From: an uncultured Bacilli bacterium
GTDB lineage: Bacteria; Bacillota_I; Bacilli_A; RF39; UBA660
NCBI GenBank assembly: GCA_910586865.1
Contig: CAJUIY010000001.1
Span: 19,828 to 83,827, forward strand
Direction of reading: 5' to 3'
Length of the DNA: 64,000 bases
Part shown: positions 20,946 through 30,343 of the stretch, piece by piece
Layout of the letters: each line of letters starts with the position of its first letter
Position numbering within the stretch: position 1 is the first letter of the stretch
Made by a program: the position numbers and the translations under genes
Notes under the pieces: generated by a model
What the model saw: the letters and a program-made list of their open reading frames with translations, nothing else
Databases searched by the model: none
Told to the model about the DNA's origin: nothing

Positions 20946-21698
20946 TTAATTAGATGGAAAGATATTCTTTGTTATCTTTTTTACTTTTTGTACTTCTTTT
21001 TCGATTTTTTTCAATTTTTCTATAGGTGATATCACCATATCCTCTGAAATCTGTTTAATAGGAGTGTGAGTTGTTAACATACCATTTTCTAGTGCTATTA
21101 ACCTATCCTGATAAGTAAATTCTCCTTTATTATCTAATGAAACCGTCTTTCCAGCAGTTGTTTTTTGAAACTTCGACCAAATACCATATTCTAAATCAAT
21201 AATATCTGTTTTAATGCCCTTCTTTTGTGTTTCCAAAACTACATGAGATATTAACTCTATATCCGTTAAAGATAATTCACATATTTTTTTATAAGCTTTT
21301 TCAATTTCAATTGGAAAGGATAATCCTAATAAATAGTTCGATAAATCTTCTTCATTTGGTAGCATAGAAACACTATCTTTTATCATTTCAGATTGATTAG
21401 TAACAGACAAGGAAAAGTTATTTTCTTCATTTAATATAGTAAAAACACATTTTCGCATTTCAAAATAACATTTGAAGATATAATCATGATTAAAACAAAT
21501 GGTACAAGATTCTGTTTTATCAATACCAGCTAATTTTAATAAATATCCAAATTGCTCAGCTGTATTCTCTCTACAACCATTCTTAGCATAACCTTGAGAT
21601 AACCATTTAGCAATATTTTCTTTTGCTTCATAATTTTCAAATTTTACTATTGGTATCTCCATCTTTTCATTATGTAATGTTTTATTAAATAAAGTCAT
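20946..21698 (-). CDS. hypothetical protein (250 aa)
   Basis: ORF only. Confidence 0.35.
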   Translation of the reverse strand: MTLFNKTLHNEKMEIPIVKFENYEAKENIAKWLSQGYAKNGCRENTAEQFGYLLKLAGIDKTESCTICFNHDYIFKCYFEMRKCVFTILNEENNFSLSVTNQSEMIKDSVSMLPNEEDLSNYLLGLSFPIEIEKAYKKICELSLTDIELISHVVLETQKKGIKTDIIDLEYGIWSKFQKTTAGKTVSLDNKGEFTYQDRLIALENGMLTTHTPIKQISEDMVISPIEKLKKIEKEVQKVKKITKNIFPSN

Positions 21699-21852
21699 TA
21701 TATTTCTCCCTCTTTCATAATATCCCTAATTACTTCATTTCTTTTCTACTAATAGAATAGCATTTTTCGTTTTTGATGATAACTAAATTTTATCATTTAT
21801 TCTACATCTATAAATACTAAAACACTATACAAACAAGAAAGAAGATAGACCA

Positions 21853-22233
21853 ATGAATATCTACTTTAGGAGTAAGAGGGAATGCAATAGAACAAGAAAT
21901 TAAAAAGCTTTCCGAAATAAGGTGAAAAAATACCACCCTGATATCAATCCAACAAAAGAAGCAGAAGATGAAATAAGAAAAATTACGGAAGCCTATGAAA
22001 TATTATCAAACGTTGAAAAAAGAAAGTCTTATGATGATGAATTAAAAAGAAATAATAGAATACATTTTGAAGAACAACCCAACAGTACTCAATCTAATCC
22101 TTATACTTCTTATTCGGAAGAAAGAGATGAAAGTGATTTTGAGGATTGGATTAAAATCTATTTAAAATCTTACGTTCCATGGACAATAAGAAGAATGCTG
22201 ACAAACATAGAATCTTTAAAGAAGAAAACATAA
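21853..22233 (+). pseudogene. decayed J-domain (DnaJ-like) gene, paralog of the intact gene at 36425..37345, at least two frameshifts
   Basis: Three frames encode MNIY / [16 protein letters not shown] / [45 protein letters not shown]. Together these align with [31 protein letters not shown]...[14 protein letters not shown] of the intact paralog. One break lies in an A-run. Confidence 0.55.
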
Positions 22234-22335
22234 CTTCTGATTACATACCATATTATTTGTAGATTTCTCTAAATAATCTTTCAATTCACAATCCCAATAT
22301 TCTTTTGAAGAAGAGCAAAATATAAAACCCAAGAT

Positions 22336-22358
22336 TAAAAAAGGGTGGTACCGCCATA
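22336..22358 (+). promoter_or_regulatory. orphan T-box core motif (AAAAAGGGTGGTACCGCC) with no recognisable leader or terminator
   Basis: Matches T-box consensus AANNNGGGUGGNACCGCG in + orientation. No stem I features upstream and no terminator downstream. Lies between the J-domain pseudogene and rpsD. Confidence 0.35.
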
Positions 22359-22559
22359 AAAATAATTTTATAAAACACTTGATATTTCAACCATTTTATC
22401 ATATAATTAATACTGCATATTGACTTAGATGGCAAATTTAGAGTTCTTTAATGTGTTATTTATCGTTTAGTAACTGAAGCCATTAGGTGAAAAATAACTC
22501 CCTAAAGTTCGACTAAGTTAGATTTAAGTATATGTAATATTTTAGAAAGGAGAAATATT

Positions 22560-23162
22560 ATGTCAAGATATACTGGATCAGAATATAAAAGAGCTCGTCG
22601 TGTTGGTTTTTCCATATCTGAAACGGGAAAAGAATTAGCTCGTCGTCCATATGGTCCTGGTCAACATGGTAATGCTCGTAAGGGTAAATTATCAGACTAC
22701 GGAATCCAATTAAAAGAAAAACAAAAAGTTAGATTTATGTATGGATTAAGTGAAAGACAATTTAGAAAGACATTTGATGAAGCTTCTAAAATAAAAGGTA
22801 TTCATGGTACAAACTTCTTAAGACTATTAGAATCTAGACTTGATAATTTAGTTTATAGAACTGGATTTGCATCAACAAGACGTGGTGCTAGACAATTAGT
22901 AAATCATGGTCATGTTACGGTTAATGGAAAAAAAGTAGATATTCCATCTTATCGAGTAAAAGTTGGAGATGTTATTTCTTTAAAAGAAAAAGACAAAGAG
23001 CTTAAAATAGTATTAGATTCTTTAGCAAAAGTAGTAAAAAGAGTGGAATTCATTAACTACGATGATAAGAAAATGGAAGCTACTTATGTTAGATTACCTG
23101 AGAGAAGTGAACTTAATGCTGATATTAATGAATCATTAATCGTTGAATTCTATAACAAATAA
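22560..23162 (+). CDS. rpsD: 30S ribosomal protein S4
   Basis: [18 protein letters not shown]...[21 protein letters not shown], 200 aa. Confidence 0.95.
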   Translation: MSRYTGSEYKRARRVGFSISETGKELARRPYGPGQHGNARKGKLSDYGIQLKEKQKVRFMYGLSERQFRKTFDEASKIKGIHGTNFLRLLESRLDNLVYRTGFASTRRGARQLVNHGHVTVNGKKVDIPSYRVKVGDVISLKEKDKELKIVLDSLAKVVKRVEFINYDDKKMEATYVRLPERSELNADINESLIVEFYNK

Positions 23163-23192
23163 AACTTGGAAATTCCAAGTTTTTTTATTTTT
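23163..23192. terminator. bidirectional rho-independent terminator after rpsD
   Basis: AACTTGG-AAATT-CCAAGTT then T-rich run, with an A-run upstream. Confidence 0.6.
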
Positions 23193-23718
23193 CTAACTCT
23201 ATGTTACAACAATTTTCAATTTTTATTTTGGATAAATCACTAGTTAAATCGGTCTTCTTAATAAGATGATATAAAGCTTTAATAACCGCTCCATGTGCTA
23301 CTACTAATATTCTTTGATTACCATAATTTTCTTCTAAATCCATTAAAAATTCTTTACATCTTTTCATTAAATCCTGAATCGGTTCTACCTTATCTTCTTT
23401 ATAATTTAAGAAGTAATCCCAGTACTTTTTAGAATCATAAAGGTCTACACTCTTTCCTTCTAAATTTCCTAAATTCCGTTCTTCTAGTCTTTTATCAACT
23501 TGAATTAAAACTCTATCTCCTACTAGAATCATGGCTGTTTCTACGGTTCGCATTAAAGGAGAAGTAAAACAGATATCAAAATTCATATCTTTTAACTCAT
23601 CCTTCAACTTGTAACACTCTCTTCTACCAGTATCATTTAAAGGAATATTACTTTTTCCTTGGAGAATTTTCCTTTCATTATATTCTGTTGTTCCATGTCT
23701 CACTAATACAATTTTCAC
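23185..23718 (-). CDS. histidine phosphatase (phosphoglycerate mutase) family protein
   Basis: N-terminal LVRHGTTEYN RHG motif; AHG near the C-terminus. Confidence 0.8.
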   Translation of the reverse strand: MKIVLVRHGTTEYNERKILQGKSNIPLNDTGRRECYKLKDELKDMNFDICFTSPLMRTVETAMILVGDRVLIQVDKRLEERNLGNLEGKSVDLYDSKKYWDYFLNYKEDKVEPIQDLMKRCKEFLMDLEENYGNQRILVVAHGAVIKALYHLIKKTDLTSDLSKIKIENCCNIELEK

Positions 23719-24947
23719 TATTTTCCTCCAATCAACTTTCCAGATTTCGTATAATGAATAAAGTTTGCCACATAACTATGATCATCATAAGTAGAGTAAC
23801 CACTTATTAAATACCCATTCTTCTTTAATTTTATATCAGTAAAATAATCATCTTTTTCATCTCCATATATTTCTATGAATTGTTCTTTTAAATCCGTATC
23901 ATATTTAGCCAAAATACCATCATAAGAAAACACATTAACTTTATCGGTGGATTTCTTTTTATTATATACTCCTGTTTGTCCAGCAATCACAATATTTTGT
24001 TTATCATCAAGAAGAACTCTATTGAATCGTTCCATTCCGTCTTTTTTGTAAGTAGCTTCTCCTATTTTGTTAAGATCCAAATCATATTTCACTAATAAAC
24101 CATCTGTATCATAATCTTGTTTATCTTCTTTCACTTTTTTACCACCAACAACATATAAATAATTTCCGTCACTTACCATTCCAGTAAAACCAAAACTATC
24201 TGTAAACTCATAATTAACCGTATTTATTCTTTCCAAATTAGGAGTATATTTTGAAACAATCCCTACATTAGAAGCGTCTTTTCCTACCGTATAAAGAAAT
24301 TCTCCATTTATTATAATATCATTATAAATTCCTGACTTAGATCCACCATAATTACTTCTTGCAATTTCTTTTAAATTCTTATCGTATTTAACAATAAAAC
24401 CCCCACCTTCATCCGAAAAGCCAAGTGTCATATTCTCATAGATACTTTGACCAACAACAAGATAACCATCATCCACCACTAAAACATTGGTAAATTTAGA
24501 ATTCCCTAGTACTTGAAACGTATTTTCAACGATTTTTTCACCATCTAAATCATATTTTACAATAAGAACCGAACGAACACCATCCTCATGCTCTTTTTTA
24601 TTTTTCTCTATACTTCCAACAGCGATATAAGAATCATTATCTTTTTTTACACTAAAATAACTACTATTATATTTGTTATTATAAAGTTTTTCCCATTTCT
24701 TATTATCATTTTCATCATAAAGGGTTATTTTTGCTTTCTCAAAGCCATTTTCATTATTATTATTACTTCCAACGGCAATATAAGAATCCTCTAGAATTTC
24801 GAAACCATTGATACTATCAAAATACGTTTTCTTCGTGTTATTATCTTTATATAAAAATAGAACAAATGCATCTATTATTAAAACAACTATGCAAAAAATA
24901 ACAATACTTCTTAAAACTATTTTTAATTTATGATTCACTAGCAACAA
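23718..24947 (-). CDS. membrane-anchored repeat protein, hypothetical (beta-propeller-like Y..VG repeats)
   Basis: N-terminal transmembrane helix, then repeated YIAVGS/YLVVGQ/YTVGKD/YVVGGK/VIAGQT units. Confidence 0.4.
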   Translation of the reverse strand: MLLVNHKLKIVLRSIVIFCIVVLIIDAFVLFLYKDNNTKKTYFDSINGFEILEDSYIAVGSNNNNENGFEKAKITLYDENDNKKWEKLYNNKYNSSYFSVKKDNDSYIAVGSIEKNKKEHEDGVRSVLIVKYDLDGEKIVENTFQVLGNSKFTNVLVVDDGYLVVGQSIYENMTLGFSDEGGGFIVKYDKNLKEIARSNYGGSKSGIYNDIIINGEFLYTVGKDASNVGIVSKYTPNLERINTVNYEFTDSFGFTGMVSDGNYLYVVGGKKVKEDKQDYDTDGLLVKYDLDLNKIGEATYKKDGMERFNRVLLDDKQNIVIAGQTGVYNKKKSTDKVNVFSYDGILAKYDTDLKEQFIEIYGDEKDDYFTDIKLKKNGYLISGYSTYDDHSYVANFIHYTKSGKLIGGK

Positions 24948-24953
24948 CTCCTT

Positions 24954-26186
24954 TTAAATGAATTCTATAATATAATATTTCTTTTTTCCTTTTCTAATAA
25001 TTACATATTTCTGTTCTATAGACACACTTCTAGTAACCTGAAACTCTAAATCTACTTCTCTTTCTCCATTGATATAGATGGAACCATTGGTAATAAACTC
25101 ACGTGCTTCCCTCTTACTAGTACAAATATTACTAGTTACTAATAAATCTACCAAGTTTAATTCTTCCTCTATCATCATTGGTGGAATGCCTTTAAAAGCC
25201 ATTTCAATATCAGAAGATGTAAAGGATTTCATATTGCCACTAAATAAAGCTTCACTAATTTTTACCGCTTGTTCATATTCTTTTTCTCCATGTAAGAAAG
25301 TAATCACTTCTTTTGCTAATGTTTTTTGGGCAATTCTTTTTTCTGGTTGTTTATTATGTTCATCTAATATCTTCTCAATCTCTTGCTTTGATAGAAAAGT
25401 ATAGACTTTTAAATAATTATCCATCATAATATCCTCAAAATTGATTAGATATTGATATAATTCATAACTAGATGTTTTCTCTTTGTCTAACCATAAAGCA
25501 TTTCCTTCACTTTTTCCAATCTTTTTTCCAGTAGAATCGAGTGTTAGTGGACAAGAAAAAGCATATACAGATTCATCATTTAATTTTCTTATTAATTCAA
25601 TACCCGTCGTTAAATTTCCCCATTGATCGGAGCCTCCAAATTGCAAGGTAGCCCCATAGTGATCATGAATATATTTAAAATCATATCCCTGTATTAACAT
25701 ATAAGAAAACTCTGCATAGGAAATTCCGGATTCCATTTGTCTTTTTACTAAATCCTTATTAATCATATAAGACACGTTCACATACTTACCAATATCTCTT
25801 AAAAAGTCGATAAAATTATAGTTTTGAAACCAATCATAGTTATTAACTACTAGCGTATCTTCTCCAAATAACTTTTTCATCTGAATCTTTATTTTTTCAA
25901 AATTATTTTCTACCACTTTTATATCCGACTTTTCTCTTTCCTTTGTACCTCTAGGATCCCCAACTCGTCCAGTAGCTCCTCCCACCAAAATAATAGGTTT
26001 ATGCCCCCCTCTTCTTAATCTTTCAATAACCAAAAAGGTTGGAAGTTGCCCAATATGTAGGCTATCGGCAGAAGGATCCGCACCAATATAGAAAGTCAAC
26101 CCTCCTTGATTTATTTTATCTTCTAAGTCCTCTCCAGCGGTATCTTTTATTAATCCTCTCCATTTTAAATCTTCAAATAATGTCAT
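24954..26186 (-). CDS. tyrS: tyrosine--tRNA ligase
   Basis: HIGH-type motif SLHIGQ, KMSKS-type motif KIGKS, C-terminal S4 domain. Confidence 0.92.
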   Translation of the reverse strand: MTLFEDLKWRGLIKDTAGEDLEDKINQGGLTFYIGADPSADSLHIGQLPTFLVIERLRRGGHKPIILVGGATGRVGDPRGTKEREKSDIKVVENNFEKIKIQMKKLFGEDTLVVNNYDWFQNYNFIDFLRDIGKYVNVSYMINKDLVKRQMESGISYAEFSYMLIQGYDFKYIHDHYGATLQFGGSDQWGNLTTGIELIRKLNDESVYAFSCPLTLDSTGKKIGKSEGNALWLDKEKTSSYELYQYLINFEDIMMDNYLKVYTFLSKQEIEKILDEHNKQPEKRIAQKTLAKEVITFLHGEKEYEQAVKISEALFSGNMKSFTSSDIEMAFKGIPPMMIEEELNLVDLLVTSNICTSKREAREFITNGSIYINGEREVDLEFQVTRSVSIEQKYVIIRKGKKKYYIIEFI

Positions 26187-26189
26187 TTT

Positions 26190-26729
26190 TTAATCCTCCT
26201 CAAATACCAAATTTTTCATCTTTTCTAAGTCATAACCATAATCTGAATAAATTCCTTCCACATCTTTTGTGGTTATCTTCTCTTTATCAATTTCTAGTCG
26301 ATTCAAAGTTTCATAAACTTCTTTTTCACATTTTCCTTCAATCTCTAAATAAGTAGGAATAAATGGCCAACTATCCATATCAATTTCTACTCCATCTAAT
26401 AGATATTGGCATCTTCTATTTTCTTGATATCCTTTTGGTCGATATCCCAACTCATTAAGAATTAAATTTGTTTTTTCAAAATCATCTACTTCAATTTCTA
26501 ACTCTTTTGTGCCATCTATTTTTTCTGAAACAATGTCTTTTATAGTAAGTGTAGTCACCTCTCCATTCGTTCTTAAGCGAATCCATTTCTTATCCTGTTT
26601 TGGTATGAAATCATAAACATATCTTCTTTGTAAATAATCAAATTTTTTTACTGCTCCCAAACTCTCTAACTTCTTTGTAATCTTATCTACATCAATTTCC
26701 AATATTCTTACTTCAAATTCCGTATTCAT
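26190..26729 (-). CDS. CYTH-domain protein (triphosphate tunnel metalloenzyme)
   Basis: N-terminal EFEVRILEID ExExK motif, ~180 aa. Confidence 0.7.
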   Translation of the reverse strand: MNTEFEVRILEIDVDKITKKLESLGAVKKFDYLQRRYVYDFIPKQDKKWIRLRTNGEVTTLTIKDIVSEKIDGTKELEIEVDDFEKTNLILNELGYRPKGYQENRRCQYLLDGVEIDMDSWPFIPTYLEIEGKCEKEVYETLNRLEIDKEKITTKDVEGIYSDYGYDLEKMKNLVFEED

Positions 26730-26734
26730 CCTTA

Positions 26735-27238
26735 TTATCTTCTCCTTCCACCTTGTATTACTTTCAATTTCGCTTTCTGCTTCTCATGTTCCATTAAATT
26801 TAATCTCTCATTTATTAAAAACATAGATACTTTATATTTTTTTGATAATCTCCTATTATTCATACCTTTTTCAATATCCGTTTTAAATATCTTTTCTGGC
26901 ATTAATAATTTTAATGCATAATGATAAGCTTTTTTATCAAAAGACTCTTCTTCCAAAAGACCTTTACTAAAATACCCCTCATTATAATATAATTGAATAT
27001 AACAATACATATAAGTACTTATAAATCTCCTCGCTTTTTTTGATACTTTTTTATTAATATAGATACCATTCCATGACGAATCAATAACAGATAGAGCCCT
27101 ATAATCTTTCATCACCATAGATGGAGTTGACATTACTGTTATTCCAGAATCTCGAATCACTTTTCCTATATTTGGAACTCTATTAACATTTAATTGTTCA
27201 AGTAGTAAATCCTGACGATATATTTTTAAATTTTTCAT
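26735..27238 (-). CDS. ImmA/IrrE-like protein with degenerate HExxH (H->Y at all three His positions), hypothetical
   Basis: FISTYMYCYIQLY occupies the position of FTxAHELGHxxLH, and a C-terminal ALKLLMPE follows. First gene downstream of the Tyr T-box leader, with an AGGAGG ribosome-binding site. Confidence 0.35.
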   Translation of the reverse strand: MKNLKIYRQDLLLEQLNVNRVPNIGKVIRDSGITVMSTPSMVMKDYRALSVIDSSWNGIYINKKVSKKARRFISTYMYCYIQLYYNEGYFSKGLLEEESFDKKAYHYALKLLMPEKIFKTDIEKGMNNRRLSKKYKVSMFLINERLNLMEHEKQKAKLKVIQGGRRR

Positions 27239-27450
27239 AAAACCTCCTAAAACAAAAACTATCCATCCAAATAAGGACGAATAGTTCGTGGTACCACCTT
27301 AATTCATGAAAGAATCATGCACTCATTATCTTAACGCGAATAAACGATTTTTCTCCTAATAGGTAATTCATACTTATCATTATCTTAGTTTACACCAACC
27401 ACTAAGTCTCTTTTAGTAATTACTAAGTACTACTTGTTATTAATCATTGA
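27239..27450 (-). promoter_or_regulatory. T-box riboswitch leader, probable Tyr specifier, controlling the 26735-tyrS operon
   Basis: Minus-strand RNA has AGAGA (GA motif), then AAUUAAGGUGGUACCACGA (T-box; + coords 27288-27299), then a terminator CUAUUCGUCC-UUAUUU-GGAUGGAUAG followed by UUUUUGUUUU (27249-27284), then AGGAGG. Candidate specifier UAC at 27363-27365. Confidence 0.7.
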
Positions 27451-27495
27451 AAATTATATATTCACTATATCATATCTATCAATAAAAATAAAGTA

Positions 27496-27957
27496 TCACT
27501 TCTTTTTTTTCTGAAAATTTTCTTCTTTTCGATAATCTTCTATTTCTTTACCATTAAATAATTTAATATGAGTACAAAAATAATTTTCACCAATAACCGA
27601 ACTATTTACAAGATGTGTTATATACTGAGTTTGATTATCAAATCGCCATTCTAATGTTGGATGAAGAATATCTTCTCTATCTTTACAAATAAGCGAATAC
27701 TGAACAGTGGGAATATCTAGTTTATTTTTCAATATATTAGCAATTTCATATAAAGAAGAAACATCATTATCGTCCATAATCAATCGTAGGTAATCATTGC
27801 CATAATCAAGAGAAAAATAGTATTCTTTATCCTTTTTACAGGATATATTATGATAGTTTATTATAGCAGAGATATTATTTTTTCTCAGTAACTGAATTAG
27901 CTCATTTATATTAAAAAAAAGAGAGCTATTACCATTATTATCCATTTCTACCTCCAA
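27496..27957 (-). CDS. hypothetical protein (153 aa)
   Basis: ORF only. Confidence 0.35.
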   Translation of the reverse strand: MEVEMDNNGNSSLFFNINELIQLLRKNNISAIINYHNISCKKDKEYYFSLDYGNDYLRLIMDDNDVSSLYEIANILKNKLDIPTVQYSLICKDREDILHPTLEWRFDNQTQYITHLVNSSVIGENYFCTHIKLFNGKEIEDYRKEENFQKKKK

Positions 27958-28018
27958 CTAATTATATGCTAATTAGAAGAATTGTTGTTATTTTTATAAT
28001 TCTATTATCGTACTTTTA

Positions 28019-29371
28019 TTATTTGGTGACCACAATAACAGCACGAGCTCCATAAAAGTTTCGGGATACAGCAACATCTGTCAAATATCCTCCTTGATCA
28101 AGAATAATCGCTCTATTTTGAGAATCTGTATAAGCCTGCATAGTGTAATATCCATTATTATTAGTAGCACCATTTTCTGTATGAATATCGTCTACCGTTC
28201 CACCATTTTGAGTGGATTGTTTTAAATAATTATTCATCCAGATTGGACAGGTTCCACTTGAACTTGAACCAGTACATCCTACGACAAATGATTCTTGAAA
28301 CGTTATCATTCTCGCTTTTGCACTTCTACTCTCTAAAGTATATTTATTCTCTGTACATGCAGTGTAGACATCATTAGAAAATCTACAGCTAGTAAATGCA
28401 TTTGTTCCATTAAAATTTGTTGTTCCCATAGTATAAGTTTGTGTAGTAACATTACTCCAATTACTTGTAGTATCCTCTAACTTCTGAAGAATTTTTGATG
28501 GCCCTAACGTATTATTATTCTCATCATTCCATGCAGTATTATATACTGTATTTTCTCTTTGTTGTAGTGTCATTGATTCGCCATCGTCATGTAACACATA
28601 AAAATAATAAGAATTTTTATCATTTACTGCATATTTGATAATCGTACCTGGTAAACATGATCCTACCGTTTTGTTTGTATAACAAGTAGTTGCTACACAA
28701 GTTGCTTCTTCCCCTGTAACACAGTAATTACTAGACTCTGCTACTTGATTGTAAGTATAAGCTGCTGAAATATTTTCTTTTTCTGGAGTATTCGCTTCAC
28801 TATTTTTTATTTGAGAAGCACTTACTCTTATTTTACCATAAAAAATAGAACCCATTGCACTATTATCAGCATCCTTATCCATCCACACTTTTAAAGTATA
28901 ACGGTTTGTTTGCCTTTTTGAAATCGTTCCTGAATCTAATAGTCGATCAGAATCCTTACGAATAGTTGAAAGCAGGTCCGTTGCAACCTCTTGACCGTTT
29001 TTGGTCAAACTATATTTAACAAATCGATCTGGCATTTTTACCTCTGCAACATCAAGAGGTAAATCTGATAAATAAATACTATAATCAGAAGCAACCGTTC
29101 CTCTATTCCTTAATTCAAAAGTATAAGCCTTTGTCTGCAATCCTTTTTCATCAACCATTGGAATAGTGTTTTTTAATAAAATACCATCACTAATTTCATC
29201 GTCTAAAATCAAATCCAAATAACCAGCTCTTATAACATTTTCTGTTTTACCAGTTACTGAAATTCTTAACCAAGCATAACTTCCTACCATAATAGAAACT
29301 AAGATAAAAGCCAATAAAAACACTTTTTTATTATTTCCTGATTTTTTATCTTTCATGATTCCCACATCCAA
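28019..29371 (-). CDS. secreted Cys/Thr/Asn-rich protein with SipW-cognate (TasA/camelysin-class) N-terminal signal region
   Basis: Basic N-terminus, transmembrane helix, then ...YAWLRISVTGKTENVIRAGYLDLIL resembling the AGTLDL motif of SipW-dependent proteins. The C-terminal half has many Cys, Thr and Asn. Confidence 0.45.
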   Translation of the reverse strand: MDVGIMKDKKSGNNKKVFLLAFILVSIMVGSYAWLRISVTGKTENVIRAGYLDLILDDEISDGILLKNTIPMVDEKGLQTKAYTFELRNRGTVASDYSIYLSDLPLDVAEVKMPDRFVKYSLTKNGQEVATDLLSTIRKDSDRLLDSGTISKRQTNRYTLKVWMDKDADNSAMGSIFYGKIRVSASQIKNSEANTPEKENISAAYTYNQVAESSNYCVTGEEATCVATTCYTNKTVGSCLPGTIIKYAVNDKNSYYFYVLHDDGESMTLQQRENTVYNTAWNDENNNTLGPSKILQKLEDTTSNWSNVTTQTYTMGTTNFNGTNAFTSCRFSNDVYTACTENKYTLESRSAKARMITFQESFVVGCTGSSSSGTCPIWMNNYLKQSTQNGGTVDDIHTENGATNNNGYYTMQAYTDSQNRAIILDQGGYLTDVAVSRNFYGARAVIVVTK

Positions 29372-29606
29372 TCTCTATTATAATGAAAGTATAACATAAT
29401 AAATATTTTTTTTCAATTATATTTCCTTTTATATAATCAGTTAAACTGAAACCTGAGACTATATTATTTTGAATAATTACTCATTTTATGTAGAAATCCA
29501 TGAAATTTTTATTGAGACTTCAATATTTTTTTAAACAATAAGAGTAGCATATTTTTTCGTCTTACCAAATCTAACATTAATAAGGAAGCATACGAAATTA
29601 TTTTAT

Positions 29607-29633
29607 GAAATAAAAACCTCCAAAATTGGAGGT
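29607..29633 (-). terminator. rho-independent terminator after ytxH-like gene
   Basis: Minus-strand RNA ACCUCCAA-UU-UUGGAGGU followed by UUUUUAUUU. Confidence 0.55.
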
Positions 29634-29647
29634 CCATGAACTGTTTA

Positions 29648-30052
29648 CTATATTTCTATCGATTCTAATTTCTTTAAAACATCTTTTGTCACTTCTACTG
29701 CTTTATCTCTTACTTCTTCTGCTGCATTTTTTAAAATAGGAGTTCCTTTTTCAACAGCCAAATCTACTAGTTCATCTGCTTTCTTTTTGATTTCGGCACC
29801 TTTCTTTTTCGCAATTTTAAGTACTTTTTCTTTATCTAAATCCTCTAGTTCTTTTTTGATTTCAGCAATTTTTTTATCAAATTCCTCTTTTAATTCTCCT
29901 GGATCAATTTCTTTTGCTTTTTTGATTAACTCTTCCATTTTATTTTTTAAGTCTTTTCTTAATTCTTTTCCTGGTTTAGGTGCAAATAATAAACCTAATC
30001 CTGCTCCTACAGCAGCTCCTAATACAAATTTTCCTGCTCCTTTTTTATTCAT
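29648..30052 (-). CDS. ytxH: YtxH-family protein (DUF948-associated, general stress type)
   Basis: GKFVLGAAVGAGLGLLFAPKPGKELRKDL N-terminus. Start set at MNKKGAG with an AAAGGA ribosome-binding site. Confidence 0.6.
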   Translation of the reverse strand: MNKKGAGKFVLGAAVGAGLGLLFAPKPGKELRKDLKNKMEELIKKAKEIDPGELKEEFDKKIAEIKKELEDLDKEKVLKIAKKKGAEIKKKADELVDLAVEKGTPILKNAAEEVRDKAVEVTKDVLKKLESIEI

Positions 30053-30338
30053 AATAATCATCCTTTCTCTTTTTTCTTTTAAATATTTTATCAAAAACTG
30101 ACACTACACCATTTACTACACGTGCACTAATAAAGTCTATGCTTGTTGTAGTTTTATTAATAACATTAAATATATTATTCAATGAATTAACCTTATCTTC
30201 TATATTATTTAACAATGCCTCTATTCTATCAAATACTTGTATTAATCGTAATCCTAAGATAATTAGTATTACCATTAATATAATACCCAAAATATACAAT
30301 ATAATAGGCAAAACTTCTGCAAAAGTCATAAAAATCAC
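30045..30338 (-). CDS. DUF948-family membrane protein (YtxG-like)
   Basis: Single N-terminal transmembrane helix plus coiled-coil. Adjacent to ytxH and trmB as in Bacillus. Confidence 0.5.
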   Translation of the reverse strand: MIFMTFAEVLPIILYILGIILMVILIILGLRLIQVFDRIEALLNNIEDKVNSLNNIFNVINKTTTSIDFISARVVNGVVSVFDKIFKRKKRKDDYYE

Positions 30339-30343
30339 TCCTT

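Noticed and set aside
22234-22559. rpsD (S4) autoregulatory leader structure
   Set aside because: It is expected from Bacillus biology, but I could not identify a specific pseudoknot by eye. Only the orphan T-box motif in this region is reported.
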